DNA from: Phoronis australis | Lineage: Eukaryota > Animalia > Phoronida | Direction: 5' to 3' | Length of the DNA: 64,000 nt | Assembly (NCBI GenBank): GCA_002633005.1 | Contig: NMRA01000389.1 | Coordinates: 338,597-402,596, forward strand | In this document: positions 50,449 to 63,987 of the stretch, piece by piece | Numbering within the stretch: position 1 is the first letter of the stretch | How the letters are laid out: every line of letters begins with the position of its first letter | Position numbers and translations under genes: made by a program | The notes under the pieces: model-generated | The model's database searches: none | What the model was told of the DNA's origin: nothing | Seen by the model: the letters and a program-made list of their open reading frames with translations, nothing else

Positions 50449-53400
50449 TTACTTCTTTGTCTTTGCCTCTAAATCAGCTATGTAACCGTCAAATCTACCT
50501 TTAACTTCACTATACAGGTTGCTCCAGTGGGGATCCAATTTTGCTCTTACGCGATCAATGTAAGCCGCAGTTTTGGGATGCGAAGACAAAAGATCGACAC
50601 CGGCATATGTAGGCTGCAATATTTCAGATGTGGTTAAAAGATCCGCTACAGTGACTTCATTTCCACACATGAAAGGCTGGTCCTTCAGGAAAAACTCTTC
50701 GAAACCAGACAAAGTTTGGTGGATCATTTTGACGTCATTCTTTAGTTTTTCTTCATCGAATTCACTGAAACCAGCAACAGGACCAACAACCTGAAAAAAT
50801 TGATAGCAAATAAAAAACATAGTCAATGCAAATCAATAAATGTGACCTGGGGCTAACGTTCGTTCGTGGCAGCATCTTATCCTTATTTATAAGCGAAGTA
50901 ATTTTAACTTCAGAGATGGCGCCACTTGTGTTCTATATCAGTTTTAGTCGGAGACTTAGGACTGTGAAAATTGTCTATCAGTGCAGCCGCTGGTTTGAGT
51001 GTGTGTGTGCGTGCTTGCGTGCGTGCATATGTGTGGAAGAGGGGGAGGATAAAATATCTATCTGATTGGACATCATACGGAACAAAATACCCACCCAAAT
51101 ATTGATGGCGCGACCCTGCAAAGTTAACTCAGGCCAAAGGCAGTCTCCCGCTGCCCGACTGCGGCTCGAATCATGGAATGCAGTTAAAAAAACAAACAAA
51201 AGAATAAAATCGCATTTTATAGTACCTTGTTTACTGTAATTGCTACACCAAGCTGTCTCAGCGACTTCGAACCGGAATTGTGCCACGACACCGCTTCGTG
51301 CACGCGCGCTCTTTGCACCAGGTCCGAAGGATACCAGTGTTCATCCACAACGTATTTTGACGCCAAGTAGTACATAATAGCCGGACTACAAATAGAAGAG
51401 ACAGTGCAATGATTAACAAGAGCAACGCAAACAACAAGTTTCTAGGGGTGTATCAAAAATTTGATTGTAAGAGGTAGCGTCAATAGTCAGGAGTGACAAA
51501 AGCAATGTTTACAACAAAGATATAAAACATGCCACAAAGGGAGACATCACTACGCATACATTATCACAGATAAGAGAACAATCATGATTTTGGTGATGGA
51601 ACGGCCACTAAAGGGTTCTGCAGTAATCAAATCCGCCGCAAAACTGACTGGTACCAACCCATTGTCGTCACATACCGATCTGTGTCAAAGTTTCCATGAA
51701 ATCTGTACAACAGATATCATCAGCAATCTGTTTCCTCCCAAAGTACAAAGAAAGTCCCTTATAGAGAACAAAACGGTCACTATGGGTACTGCAGTGGTCG
51801 AATCTGGCGCCCGTGCATTGTCGCCACTTGTCATTAAAATCCGTCTACCACTTTTCTAAATATTACCCGGAAAAGATCCTTCCCAACAAGTACGGCGCAT
51901 TGTCATCACATACCCCCGTGGTGAGTGTCGTTGAAATCGGTTCTCCTGATATCCGTAAACACGCTTCTCCCCAAAACACAGATAAGCCCCCACATCTCTT
52001 GCCCTGAGCGAGAGGGTAAATTGAAAAGTACCCTGTAGTGTTTTAGTGGTGCCCTTCACACTTGTACCAATGGTCTTTGAAACATCGAGCGGCAACCTGG
52101 ACAACCGGACAGGGGGACGACGATGTGCCACTTATCGTTGACCAAATAGGTGGAAATTAAAAGATAAATTTTTGTTATTGGCGTAAATTAATTACTAACG
52201 GCGTCAAGTAATTATTTACGGAGTAAAGTAATTATTTGCGATGTAAAGTTATTACTTGGGGCGTAAATTAAAGTTAATTTACGTGCGTAATTTACGTACG
52301 TAAATAATCAAATTACGTGCGTAAACTAGGCACGAAAACATACAATAGGTGTAACAGTTGTCGTAACACATCGATTGATCCAAACAGATGATTTTGTAAA
52401 AATTTCAATTGCAATTTGCCCCTGAGATTACCCGAATCGGAAAAATAATTGAAGACTTGCGAAAATTTTGAAAATGTGACGTGATTGTGCATTTCTTTCC
52501 CCACCTGTGGATCCCAATCACGTCATTATAGTGACAGTTAACTCATCACTGAACATCCGAATACTTGAAGGCGCATGAAAATGACGTTCACAGAAGAGTC
52601 GGATGTATAAGATTGTAAATACAATAACACTGTTTTTAAATGTTTTACAACGGTAGGGAATCAGAAAAAAAATGTTCGCCACATTGCAAACTCATCGTCG
52701 TCACAAGTTCAGCTGTTTGAGAAATGAATTTGCCTGTTCAGAGATGAAAATAATATGTCAAAGAAACGCTGTCAATTGGGTAACATCGTCAGGTAAAATA
52801 AAACAAAATATAACTCGGCATGGAATATTAACACCTCGATATACAGTAATGGTTTCATTTTGTCTCCATATACCAACCTCTCCGCCATTCGGACTCCGTC
52901 GTCGTCAATGAATGGAACGTACGCGCGTGGGTGCATTTTCAGAAACTCTGGTTTGCGGTGCTCTCCTAAAACGTAAGCATAACTAATTCACAACTCAATA
53001 GTATTAAAAATGAATAACGCGTGTTGTTTACCAAAACAAGGAGACAACAATTTGACCACAACAGGTAACTGCAATGGTCAGAATTGACAAGAAATGTGTT
53101 GTCGCTTCGCATTAAAAAAACATAAAATCAAAAAGTAAAAAATGAACAATTTGCAACATTTGAAGCAAAAAAAATAAAACAAGCCGCAAAGGTACACAGA
53201 ACTACGCAACTTAAAATCATCAAGCCCAGTCTAATTCATATCATAAAGATCAACCATGAAATTTTGAAGATACAAAGAAAGATGCAAAATGGCACAACAC
53301 CTGTTGGAATCTGCTCAAAACTGTTAGCTGCCATTATCTCCAAAATAGAACAGCTATTTGGGTTCTAGTAGCCAAATACGCCCAGGTACGCATTGCCGTC

Positions 53401-56400
53401 ATAGTCAAACTTTCATTGAAATCCGTCAATCGGCCATTATCAAGACCAAAATGGCCACTAAGGGTTGCCATGTCATACATCTGTGTGCAGTTTTACTGAT
53501 ATTCCTCAAATGGTTCTCTAGATAATATCCGGAAACGTTCTTCCCCAAAAGTTCCGAAAAGCACCTTGTCGATATCAAAGCATGAACTAGGGTGCTGCTG
53601 CTGACGCATTGTCGCCACATATCTGTGTGTTAAGTTTCATTGAAATACACCCATCGCTTCTCTATATATAATCACGGCTTCCCCTAAGACGGACAGAACC
53701 ACCGTCTCTAGTGGGACCGCCCCATAGGGCCCCCATACGCTAGAAGCTTTTCGGCAAAATTATGCCTCACACTGATTAGACCATCAAAGTCTTGTTGTTA
53801 TAAGTAACCTTTGAGCATAGAGGGGCAACTTAGGATATCGTTGATGACTTTAACTCGCCCCAGATCGAACAAATACTCCCGCCTTTCGAACAGTTCTTCG
53901 TTCAGTTGCCCAGCCAAATCGGCAACTGGGCATTTTTGCAATGCTCCGTGAAAAGCGACATGACGTGTCTACTCATGGGGCCAGTTGAGACGGTGGTACT
54001 ATCTACGTCTAAGAAACACTGAAAAGCCCTGACCTCTGGCACCATGGGTGGGGCTGCAAAATGTCATAGGCCTCCTGATGTGGCTCTAGACCCTCAATGT
54101 GCGAAATTTCATCAAGATTCGCCACAAGGGATTTTTGAGCCGAGAACAGGAGACCGTGTGGCAGCCTGGGGACGCCTGGACAGGGCAGTAAGGCAATAGG
54201 CGACCACTTATCAATTATGGGCGGATAGTAAAACAACATCTGATTCAGTGTTTGTGTAGTATGCCTCCTAATTCTTCATTGTCCACGGCAACAAGCCATT
54301 TGTTTTACCACATGACAAAGACCTGGGGTAGGTTTCGTAGGCAAAGTCCTGTCAGCCATAAGTGATAGATGAGTTCGATCACGCGCTTCCTACGGTAATG
54401 CATGGCGATATTATATATCGCGAAGACCTGCCTCCCGTTCAGTAACGCTAGAACCTCGCTAAAAAGCAAGACTTCGCGAGATTACGTGAGAAATTGCCGT
54501 GTATTTTAAATGAGAACACGTGACTTTGACTAGGTTTTAGCTAGGTCCTAGCGTAGGTCCTAACGTCTACTGAACACACGCCTGCTTCATCTCAGTCGCT
54601 TTTCCGGCTCGCAAAGAAAATTTCTCAGCAGGGCGGCAGTCCAGAGTTCAACCGAACTTCGTATAGTCATGGAGCACCTGTATGTAAACCGAGACAAAAA
54701 ATATCCCCTCTCTTGTCGTTCGGCTATTTGTCCCTTATGAAACGTCAAGAAACCTCATACCTAGTGCATAACAATTCTTTTTACCGAAAGCTCCAAAAAT
54801 CACTAATGGCTTTTTGATAAATGTGCCAAACAGGGAACTCCCTCAAGAATGGTTTCTGAGTGCCAGCCCGGCGACCCTAAACTTCCCGCCAAAAACAACA
54901 ACAACAACACACAACTGAGGTAGCTATAATTTGAGTCCGAATATTCCTGGGGAATCCTTTTTCCGGTTGCATGAAACAATCTCAAATAGGGACTCAACTA
55001 AGGTCCCTAAATCTACTGCGTATTTGCGGGCTTGTGAAAACACTGATTGTCCTATCTCATTGTGCTGTTTGAGTATCATTACTATGTTAATTTTTGGCTT
55101 TCATGCAAATCGAGAGTGAAATCTAGATTAATTCTCAATATTATTGAAAATAAGTAGAGATCTTTTCATGCAATGCCCCCAATTTAAGGACAAAGTCCCT
55201 AACTCTTTTGATTGAATTAAGGGCTCAGTTTTTAAGTTATATTATTAGAAAATGTCATTAGTCAAAGAAGAGCTCATAATAAAGATAAAAATATAGAAAA
55301 ATATTACATCAGTGCCTGACGAACGAAACAAATACGAAAAAGATTTAGGGACCTTAGTTGAGTCCCTATTTGGGACTGTTTCATGCAACCGAGCACTGGG
55401 CCCCTTTGTAAACCCCTTTTCGGACCAACTGCGCCGGCGGATTTCCAGCCTGCCGAGTCATGGCATCACAAACCTAGGTAATTCTGGTGCAAAACGAGAT
55501 TAAGCCCACGGTAATAACTTTTACTTTGATGCTAACAGTCATTTGAATATATGGGATTGAGAAAGGCAGACAATTACTTCTAATATTCAGTCCCCATGAA
55601 TAATGGGCCGGCGGGCACTCGGGAAAGCGTAACCGTCTCCCGTTCCCAGTGAGTGACCCCATTCATCACGAGAGATTGCTACAGCAGTCACCAGGTGGCG
55701 AGACCGGCTCATTGTACACGCCCAGGCTACGGCGCAGCCGGTTCCGTTACTAGTAATCTGAGTGGTTCAGTGAGAGATTACGTGAGATATTGCCGTGTAT
55801 TTTAAATAAGAGCACGCGATTGGCTGGATTTTATCGAGGTCCTACATGGGCGGCGCAGCACTGAAAAAAGTGGGAGGCTATAGCCCCCCCCAGCCCCCTA
55901 TGGTGCGCCTCCCATGTCCTACCGTTGGTCCTAGCAGTACTGAACTCTACCATTTAAACATTCCCAGGTTGGCAAACTCGGACATGATCACGCTAGCAGA
56001 GGGCCGGGCCCCGCTGTGCACTGGCAGGAGACCGTTTTAACTGTTACACAGGGAAAGGGCCAACGCTTACTTCAGGCGAAAAAAATATAAACTATTTTAT
56101 TACTGCAGGGCTATACGGTAGTAAACGGTGCGTAAAGGCTTTTAAGCAGCATTTAAAACATTTCTGGCCTGATGCCGGTCAGTCCAGCCACGGGCCCCGA
56201 TCCGATGCGACCGGCGCGACTGAGAGGTTGTTAGGCCTCCCTGTGAAACTGCTGCTGAACAAATGGGTTGCCCTGGTTGCGTGCACTGCATAGAACACGT
56301 CACATGTCCACACAAAACACCTTACAGGACTGACCACGGACTCCGGTCCTGCCGCCTGGATTCGATCACCACGGCGGGTACCGGCTAACACGTACATTAT

Positions 56401-56521
56401 AGATCATACCTTTGAGTAAATTAACAATCTTTACTTCGTGCGGAATCTTTGCAGCCTGGGCAAACAGCAGCACGGCCCGCGAAGGTTGGGATATGGTGTC
56501 CAAGTAGATTGTGAGAACCAT
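50449..56521 (-). CDS. GSTT1: Glutathione S-transferase, theta class; complete, 4 exons (56410-56521, 52878-52965, 51226-51385, 50449-50790), 233 aa
   Basis: MVLTIYLDTISQPSRAVLLFAQAAKIPHEVKIVNLLKG|EHRKPEFLKMHPRAYVPFIDDDGVRMAES|PAIMYYLASKYVVDEHWYPSDLVQRARVHEAVSWH...|...FLKDQPFMCGNEVTVADL...; GT-AG junctions in phase; 702 nt total; catalytic Ser in SQP. Confidence 0.95.
52180..52327. repeat. Degenerate ~20-bp AT-rich tandem repeat
   Basis: cgtaaa/gtaattattt/ttacg units. Confidence 0.65.
54964..55391. mobile_element. MITE with ~50-bp TIRs in GST intron 1
   Basis: cggttgcatgaaaca.tc.caaatagggactcaactaaggtccctaaatct and its reverse complement at 55341-55391. Confidence 0.85.
55845..55916. mobile_element. 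72-bp mini-transposon with 5-bp TSD
   Basis: TIR catggg.ggcgca / tgcgcc.cccatg flanked by tccta on both sides. Confidence 0.8.
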
Positions 56522-57879
56522 CGTTCGTGACTGAGGTGTGGTACGGTAAAACTATACCGGAGAGTGACTGTGCAAAATGTGTGCACTTAACATGTCACGT
56601 GACCTACATTCGTAAACACACACCGGCGCACAGCTGGCGGGGAACACCCGGCTCCATCCACGTCTCTTGATAAGGTATCTCTGCACTCAAGCAGTTCGAG
56701 GTTGACAATACTTTGCTTGAAAATGTCAAAGAATGAAAGAGATAAATGCGTTCTTGAGTTCTCCGCACTTTTATCTGTCAAGCGACCACTGAGCTATACA
56801 TATCAGTGCATGGCCTAGCCCGCACCAGGTGTACCGGGCACACGGCGACTTCATCAGTCCACTGACACCTGACCCTACTTCGCAAACTTATGTTGGTGGG
56901 GGTGATTCGTTTTGTTGCAACAAACTCCCACTCCATTCATTCCGTGGAATGTATGTATACTCGCTGGAAAACTTGAGATCTCTCAGGTCAACGCTAGGAT
57001 GAATTTAGCCGGGCCATTACCGCTCAATGTGCGTAAACTTGGAATACTGGTTAATCTCAAGATCGCATATACGTAACTAAAACTTGGAATTGAATATTCA
57101 TTTGGGCAATCAGGTGAAAATTTTTTGTTCATTGTAAAGAGTCTTAGTAATTACTGGCCTCAAGATCACCCATTTCCTCCTTTAGCGTAACTTGTGTCAC
57201 AAAATCGGAGGAATGATGTCATTGTTTAATCAATCATTTGAATAAAATCGCCAATTGTTGAAAAAAAAATTGATGAAATTTTACGTTATTTTATTAACAT
57301 GTAGTTTGATTTAGTGGAGTACAAATTTTTATGAACTGTGACATAGATAGATAGATTGGAAATATACCATGCTGTGCAACACACGCGTAATTTAACATTA
57401 ACATTTACACCCATGATTGTATATCTTCCCCATTTCTAATACGAAGCTTCCAGGACAAAGAATTAAAATTGACAAGCATCTGAAACCCAGGAATAGCGTT
57501 TTTGAAAAACATATCTTGTGTTTTCTCCAATAAACCGTCCAGCAAAAAAATCTTGTCAGTTGATTCTCGTGAATTCTGTCACATAGTATACCATTAAGAC
57601 TCTCAACAACTCAAACCGAAAGTAATTTCTACCTTTTTAAATGAAGTTATCGCAAGCTTGTTTTTTAAAAAATCCCTTTTTTACTGCTCTCTGGCAGTAA
57701 TTTTATAATACCACACCGTATGTGCCTTTTCAGATCCCCTACTCAACACCAGTTTCGATCTGCCACAAGGCGATTTAAAAGATATTTCTTCTACCAACAA
57801 ATTTCGTGGCGGGGGTGATTGTTCCGGTTACTACATGAATGGCTGAACACGTCCTGAGCTCTCGGGAAAATTGCTTCAA

Positions 57880-58325
57880 ATGACTGAAAAGACACCGAAC
57901 AGGGTTAACACACGTTCGACAACTGGCACATCAGATGCCGATTTGGCGCGAGCAACACTGGGCCATCAAACCACGTACAGAAGTCTCCGCTGGATAAAGT
58001 TTTTGAATCTAGTGGATAGTAGAGTGGATGGTGGATGAGCTGGAGAAGTCGCAATCGTTTCTTTCGGACCGAATTGACAGTATCGATACTAAACTTAAAG
58101 ACATTGCTATTCCGTGGTCTAGAATAATTGATTCCATCGAAAAAATGCTGTCACAAAATGAATGACAAGCGGGTCAATACAACCTGCTTAATTTGTTTAT
58201 GATATCCCAGAACTAGTCAGTTCAGCTGAAGAACACACAGAGCAATCATTCAAATCCTTTCTCAAAGAGAAATTGATGTTTGGTGAAGACTATATAAACA
58301 ATTTAATTATTGGTAACTGCCGCCG
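57880..58325 (+). mobile_element. Decayed LINE ORF1 fragment (coiled coil plus RRM-like region)
   Basis: DELEKSQSFLSDRIDSIDTKLKD and YDIPELVSSAEEHTEQSFKSFLKEKLMFGEDYINNLIIGNCRR, resembling L1/CR1-type ORF1; interrupted by stops and frameshifts. Confidence 0.65.
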
Positions 58326-58989
58326 GGGATGGAGCGATGCCGGCCCCCATACCTCGACTTCATGAATGGGGGACGCTCATCCTCGTCCGGGGCGCTTCCT
58401 TCGTCGAAGATTTTAGATAACCTTTTCTACGCTTTCACCAGTTAATTGCTATGTGCCTGAAGGCAAGGCTCCTCAGGCATATGGAACCTTATTATTTAGA
58501 ACTCCTAGACAATCGAGCACCACAGAACAGGCGAAGTATTGGACATTGATTGACACACATACATTGAGAAGCAAGCAATACAATATAAAAATGAATTTAA
58601 ATACCAGATGTTATTCAAAGTTGGACTGTTTAGTGACACAAGCGATGTGCAAACCCGGAGGTGCGCTGCTCGACTACATTTTGGCGAGACTTCAGTCAGT
58701 GAAAAATTAAGATACACATCCATTTACAGAGTGCATTCGACGGAAACAAAAGGGCCCATTTGTAGAATGTTTCAGTGAATTGTTGACTTTTTAGCAGGGT
58801 TTTGTCCTCGGCCAGAAACAAAGTCATTTTGTAGGACTTGATTACGTAAATGCAACTCAGTTTCGTTGAGTTTCGAACATCTGAATTGCCTTGTAAAGAA
58901 TTGAATTAGAATAGACAGCCTTTCGTGGAGAATTTTGTCAAAATAGGTACATTTTCGTGTATCAGTTGATCGGTCGTGAAAAAATCACA

Positions 58990-59676
58990 CTTCTGAAGGA
59001 CACTTACCATTATATGACCTCTCTTTTGTGGGAGTTCCCAGAGACTGACGGCAACCTCGGCCTCCAAGCCTCAACGAGGCATACGTAGAGAACAGGAAGC
59101 GAAATGACAAAGTCTTGCGGGACTCGTGCGATGTTCAATGGGCCTCCTAAGGAGCCCTAGTGCCGACCTCAACACCTACCGTCTTTCTACCTGCAATAAG
59201 CACCACTGCCGTTTTCTATACTGGGAATTTCCGCAGAAAGGCCCACCCGACGAAACGCCCATGCCCATGGGCATTTATTTGATGTTAGTACTTCGGGTTT
59301 CAAGCGTTCAGACATTGGGACGTTTATTTCGAAAATTGCAAGAGATGCAAATGGGTCCTGGGATACATCGTCAAGGTTTGAAGCAGTCCATGATGAACGG
59401 ATCAAATTTAGTTGCGCATGCTGTAAGTCTGTTGAATGGACTTGGTAACCTCAAGGGGCTTAGTGCCAACTGAGCTTCGAAACGAGATGCTGACATTGTA
59501 GAGGCGTACATTTCATTGACACAGCAGTTGACGAAGTGCAAGCGTTGGGAACAAATGTCGAAGATGTCTGGGTGGAATGGTTCCAAGAGCAGCAAACCAT
59601 TGGGTCCGATGTACAGATTCCTCGGCAGTCTAGACAACAGAAAGATAGGACCAACGTTCCTGGAGAAACACACAGG
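58990..59676 (+). mobile_element. Decayed hAT transposase fragment (P52rIPK/ZMYM1-like)
   Basis: Across frameshifts: LKGLSAN*ASKRDADIVEAYIS / IDTAVDEVQALGTNVEDVWVEWFQE...IPRQSRQQKDRTNVPGET, matching the hAT PR..RQ..R.NVP signature. Confidence 0.75.
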
Positions 59677-60559
59677 TAATAAGTTATAATTGTACACAGT
59701 TTGTAATTATGTCGGTTTTTTATGCTTGTGTACAATGAAAACGAAATAGAAATTATTTTGGACATGCCAAATTTACCCAGTACAGCAGAGGGTCTACGAG
59801 CGCACAGAAACTGATTCTGGTTTGTATTTCCACTTGAGTCTATCTTCTTCATAACCAAAATCTTATTTCACGTAGTGCGTAGTTAAATCTGTACTCAATA
59901 CTTGTTTCTTCTAGTGAGTACTACCGAACGGTGCGAAAACCCTTCCTAGACAACCTCTCGCAGCAGTTGACCACCAGATGTGTAAACTACACGTATGAGC
60001 TACCACTGGGGATTAAAAAGTGTCTAGAAAGAAGTTTTCAATTCAAATTTTTTTGCAAAGTACGCTTTAGGTCTCGCGAAGGGACCAGGCCAGATTGATT
60101 TGTGTAGATATCGAGTTTCAGTGTACTTCTAGTCTCTCGGCGAACTAGTCTTGTGATGTTTTTTACCAAAGTGTGCTTTGTAAAACTATTTATCTCAGCC
60201 AGTATTGTTTGGTTCCGCGACAGATCGACTATTTTTATAGGGATAATGAGCACAGGTGTACTTTTGGTCTCGTGACGGACGAGGCCAGAGTTTTTGTGTA
60301 CTCTCAGTGTACATCTGGTCCCTCTGCGAACTGCTCCTGTATATCTTTTCACCACGGTGTAGGCCTACAGAGTGTTTTGGTTTCGTAAAACTGTTTTCAG
60401 ATGATTTGTTTCCTGATACATTTGACGTTTTTCAATTGTTGTCAACGTGATTCAGCTTAATAAAGTGATACTTAATTGCTGAGAGCACCATCGTTCGCCA
60501 GTTTTTCTCATAACGAGACAGAACACATGTTTATTTCCGGACTAACAGTACAGGTCTTC

Positions 60560-61310
60560 ATTCTTAAACAACTTGAGGCTGTTGCGATCATCTGATATTC
60601 AAGTTTTTACGCCCCGTCGATGCTCCTTATGCTCTTGAATATTTGGTAGTTGTCTAAACCCCTGTTTACACACCACACTTTTTCGTATGCTAAAAAGGTG
60701 TGTATAAGCAGATGCTCCAACAAAAATTTTTGCTGGTGGTGTGACTCATACCCAGATGTGCACAAATATGGTTTCACGAAACTTATGAGCCAAGTTCATG
60801 TGTAAACCCCCCTCCCGACCTCCCCTCGCCNTTCGGCTCCATAGCATGAGCTGGGGTAAATTATTTTATCAAATGTCTCAAAAGCCACACGTGGTTGAAA
60901 TATGGTGGAGCTTCTTTGTAGCTTGTCGACTGTAATGGCTACCACCGTGGCTTGGGCTGACAGGGTCTGAGCAGCCATAGTCCACAATAACTTAGGCGTG
61001 AACACAACACCAAGATACTTGTAGCTGGCATGGAAATCACTTCAAGTTTTTCACCTCCAAAATATCTCATCTCGCAATTTCTCAAGGGACCTCCGTTTCT
61101 AAACACCATAATTGTGGTCTTCACTAAATTTACAGACACGCTACATTCCTGGCAGAACTTACTTAAAGCACACAGTAGTTTTTGCAGTTTAACTGGAGAT
61201 TAAGTACACAAAGCCATATCATCAGCATATCACAAAACTTTTACATCGGAAACATTTTGACATAGAAGAATACCATCGTCATGACTAGAATGGATACATT
61301 CTACAAAAAC
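60560..61310 (-). mobile_element. Decayed non-LTR retrotransposon reverse transcriptase fragment
   Basis: YADD at 61218-61229, followed by KLQKLLCALSKFCQECSVSVNLVKTTIMVFRNGGPLRNCEMRYFGGEKLEV and a frameshifted YKYLGVVFTPKL. Confidence 0.88.
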
Positions 61311-61521
61311 ATTAGGTTTTTAAATAATCACCATGAACTCCAATAATAAACTTTCAAAGACAAGTGACTGTGTAGACTCGATCCGANCATTTTGACATAG
61401 AAGAATACCATCGTCATTACTAGAATGGATACATTCTACAAAGTCATTAGGTTTTTAAATAATAACCATGAACTCCAATAATAAACTTTTAAAGACAAGT
61501 GACTGTGTAGACTCGTTCCGA
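61253..61521. repeat. 134-bp direct duplication joined by an n (61387)
   Basis: 61253-61386 nearly identical to 61388-61521. Confidence 0.85.
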
Positions 61522-61705
61522 CACGTGCTCTGTAATGAAACCTTCGACAAATGTAGTATTGAAACAAATGCTCAAATTTTACATAATGTTAAACTCGATA
61601 GTTGTTTTTTTCTGTAAATTGCATAGAAAATTAATTGTGCCACAGTAACAATTTACATGTTTGACTCGTCTTCACGTGATGTGACCAACATGTGACCTGT
61701 GTGAC

Positions 61706-63782
61706 GACATATGAATACAGTACCTTCAACAATTTGCTTCTCAATATAAATGAGCTTCCCAGGTTGTACACGTGCGTCTGTTGATGTTAATTTTGCTTTT
61801 AAGACTCGTTTTAATAGGTTAAATAGAGAACTCGCGCATACAGTTGTACAAATTTACTTTACTATTTGGACAGATTTATAGCAACACTTTACATATCACT
61901 TTTGGCTATGGATATTCTCATGCTACGACCGGTAGGGTTCGCGTTAAGCACGGGCGGGCAGAGCCTGACAGTGGAAAGCAATACGAGTTCCTGAATCGAA
62001 AGTTGACAGACAGGAACCAAAAAACACCGACCTATCCGTTTGATAGACCACGACCCCTAAGGCAAATCTCTATTCACGAATCAAGACTAACGGACGACCT
62101 GCATCTAACTTCGTCGTAGCCCCCATGCGGTTTAGTTTTTGAAAGTTTCCATTCATATGCAATGCCCTCGAAGATCTCTCCCGTTTATTCACTGCAAGAT
62201 GACATGTGGCACGATTTTCCATTGAGAACACTCTTTTGGTATTCAGTATCTCTAAAAGGCGAGTTTATTGATCTGGATTGTGTAATGACGTGGTTACCTG
62301 GTTGTTGCACTTCGGTTACTTGGTGTACTCGTAGTTCATTGGAAAGCGCAATAACCCCTCCTGGGAAGTAATAGCATGACCCTTGAAAGTTTCCCTTTGA
62401 GTGGGTCGGCCTGCTGTTTCAGATTGCGGCCATTTTCTTGAAAGCACGCACCGTGAGGAGATGATGTCTTGCCCGATACATGAAGTACGATACAGGTGCG
62501 TAACTTCTGTCATTAATTACATTTTTGCCTGGCTGATTGCTGTTACAGTTCTCCACCTGTGGCAACTGTTTGGTGTACAGGTAGTTGTAATACGTATATG
62601 TTTTAAGTGTCGGCTGTATTTTACAGTAGTTGTACTTTGGGTTATACTCATACATTAGTGTTCGGGTCGTGATGACGCACATTTATTCAAANGACATATG
62701 AATACAGTGCCTTCAACAATTTGCTTCTCAATATAAATGAGCTTCCCAGGTTGTACACGTGCGTCTGTAGATGTTAATTTTGCTTTTAAGACTCGTTTTG
62801 TTAGTAATAGGTTAAATAGAAAACTCGCGTATACAGTTGTACAAATTTACTTAACTATTTAGACAGATTTATCGCAACACTTTACATATCACTTTTGGCT
62901 ATGGATATTCTCATGCTACGACCGGTAGGGTTCGCGTTAATCACGGGCGGGCAGAGCCTGATAGTGGAAAACAATACGAGTTACTGAATCGAAAGTTGAC
63001 AGACAGGAAACAAAAAACACCGACCTATCCGTTTGAGAGACCACGACCCCTAAGGCAAATCTCTGTTCACGAATCAAGACTGACGGACGACCTGCATCTA
63101 ACTTCGTCGTAGCCCCCATGCGGTTTAGTTTTTGAAATTTTCCATTCATATGCAATGCCCTCGAAGATCTCTCCCGTTTATTCACTGCAAGATGACATGT
63201 GGCACGATTTTCCATACCCCATGCGGTTTAGTTTTTGAAAGTTTCCATTCATATGCAATGCCCTCGAAGATCTCTCCTGTTTATTCACTGCACGATGACA
63301 TGTGGCACGATTTTCCATTGAGAACACTCTTTTGGTATTCAGTATCTCTAAATGGCGAGTTTATTGATCTGGATTGTGTAATGACGTGGTACCTGGTTGT
63401 TGCACTTCGATGACTTGGTGTGCTCGTAGTTCATTGGAAAGCGCAATAACCCCTCCTGAGAAGTAATAGCATGACCCTTGAATGTTTCCCTTTGAGTGGG
63501 TCGGCCTGCTGTTTCAGATTGCGGCCATTTCCTTGAAAGCGCGCACCGTGAGGAGATGATGTCTTACCCGATACATGAAGGACGATACAGGTGCGTAACT
63601 TCTGTCATTAATTACATTTTTGTCTGTGTGATTGCTGTTACAGTTCTCCACCTATGGCAACTGTTTGGTGTACAGGTAGTTGTAACACGTATATGTTTTA
63701 AGTGTCGGCTGTATTTTACAGTAGTTGTACTTTGGGTTATACTCATACATTAGTGTTCGGGTCGTGATGCACATTTATTCAA
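61706..63782. repeat. ~1-kb direct duplication joined by an n (62692); second copy carries an internal ~100-bp duplication
   Basis: 61706-62691 vs 62693-63782, highly similar with scattered SNPs and indels. Confidence 0.9.
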
Positions 63783-63911
63783 ATGGATATTCACTGAGAA
63801 GACTATGGCTTTATTAAGAGGAGAACTGCTGTCCGTGTAAATACTCTGAATATGCATTTGAATTTATGTACTTCTGTATGAGTAAGCAAAGCCTACGATG
63901 TACAATAAGTG

Positions 63912-63924
63912 ATATTATTAGAAC

Positions 63925-63987
<63 letters not shown>

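Noticed and set aside
58453-58710. Penelope GIY-YIG-like CYSKLDCLV peptide
   Set aside because: A single short motif with no supporting flanking similarity
61253-63782. Recent tandem duplications and the duplicated 85-aa hydrophobic ORFs (62401, 63496)
   Set aside because: Both duplications are joined exactly at a single n, typical of overlapping contigs or two haplotypes scaffolded in tandem; the ORFs start at GTG and resemble nothing I recognise
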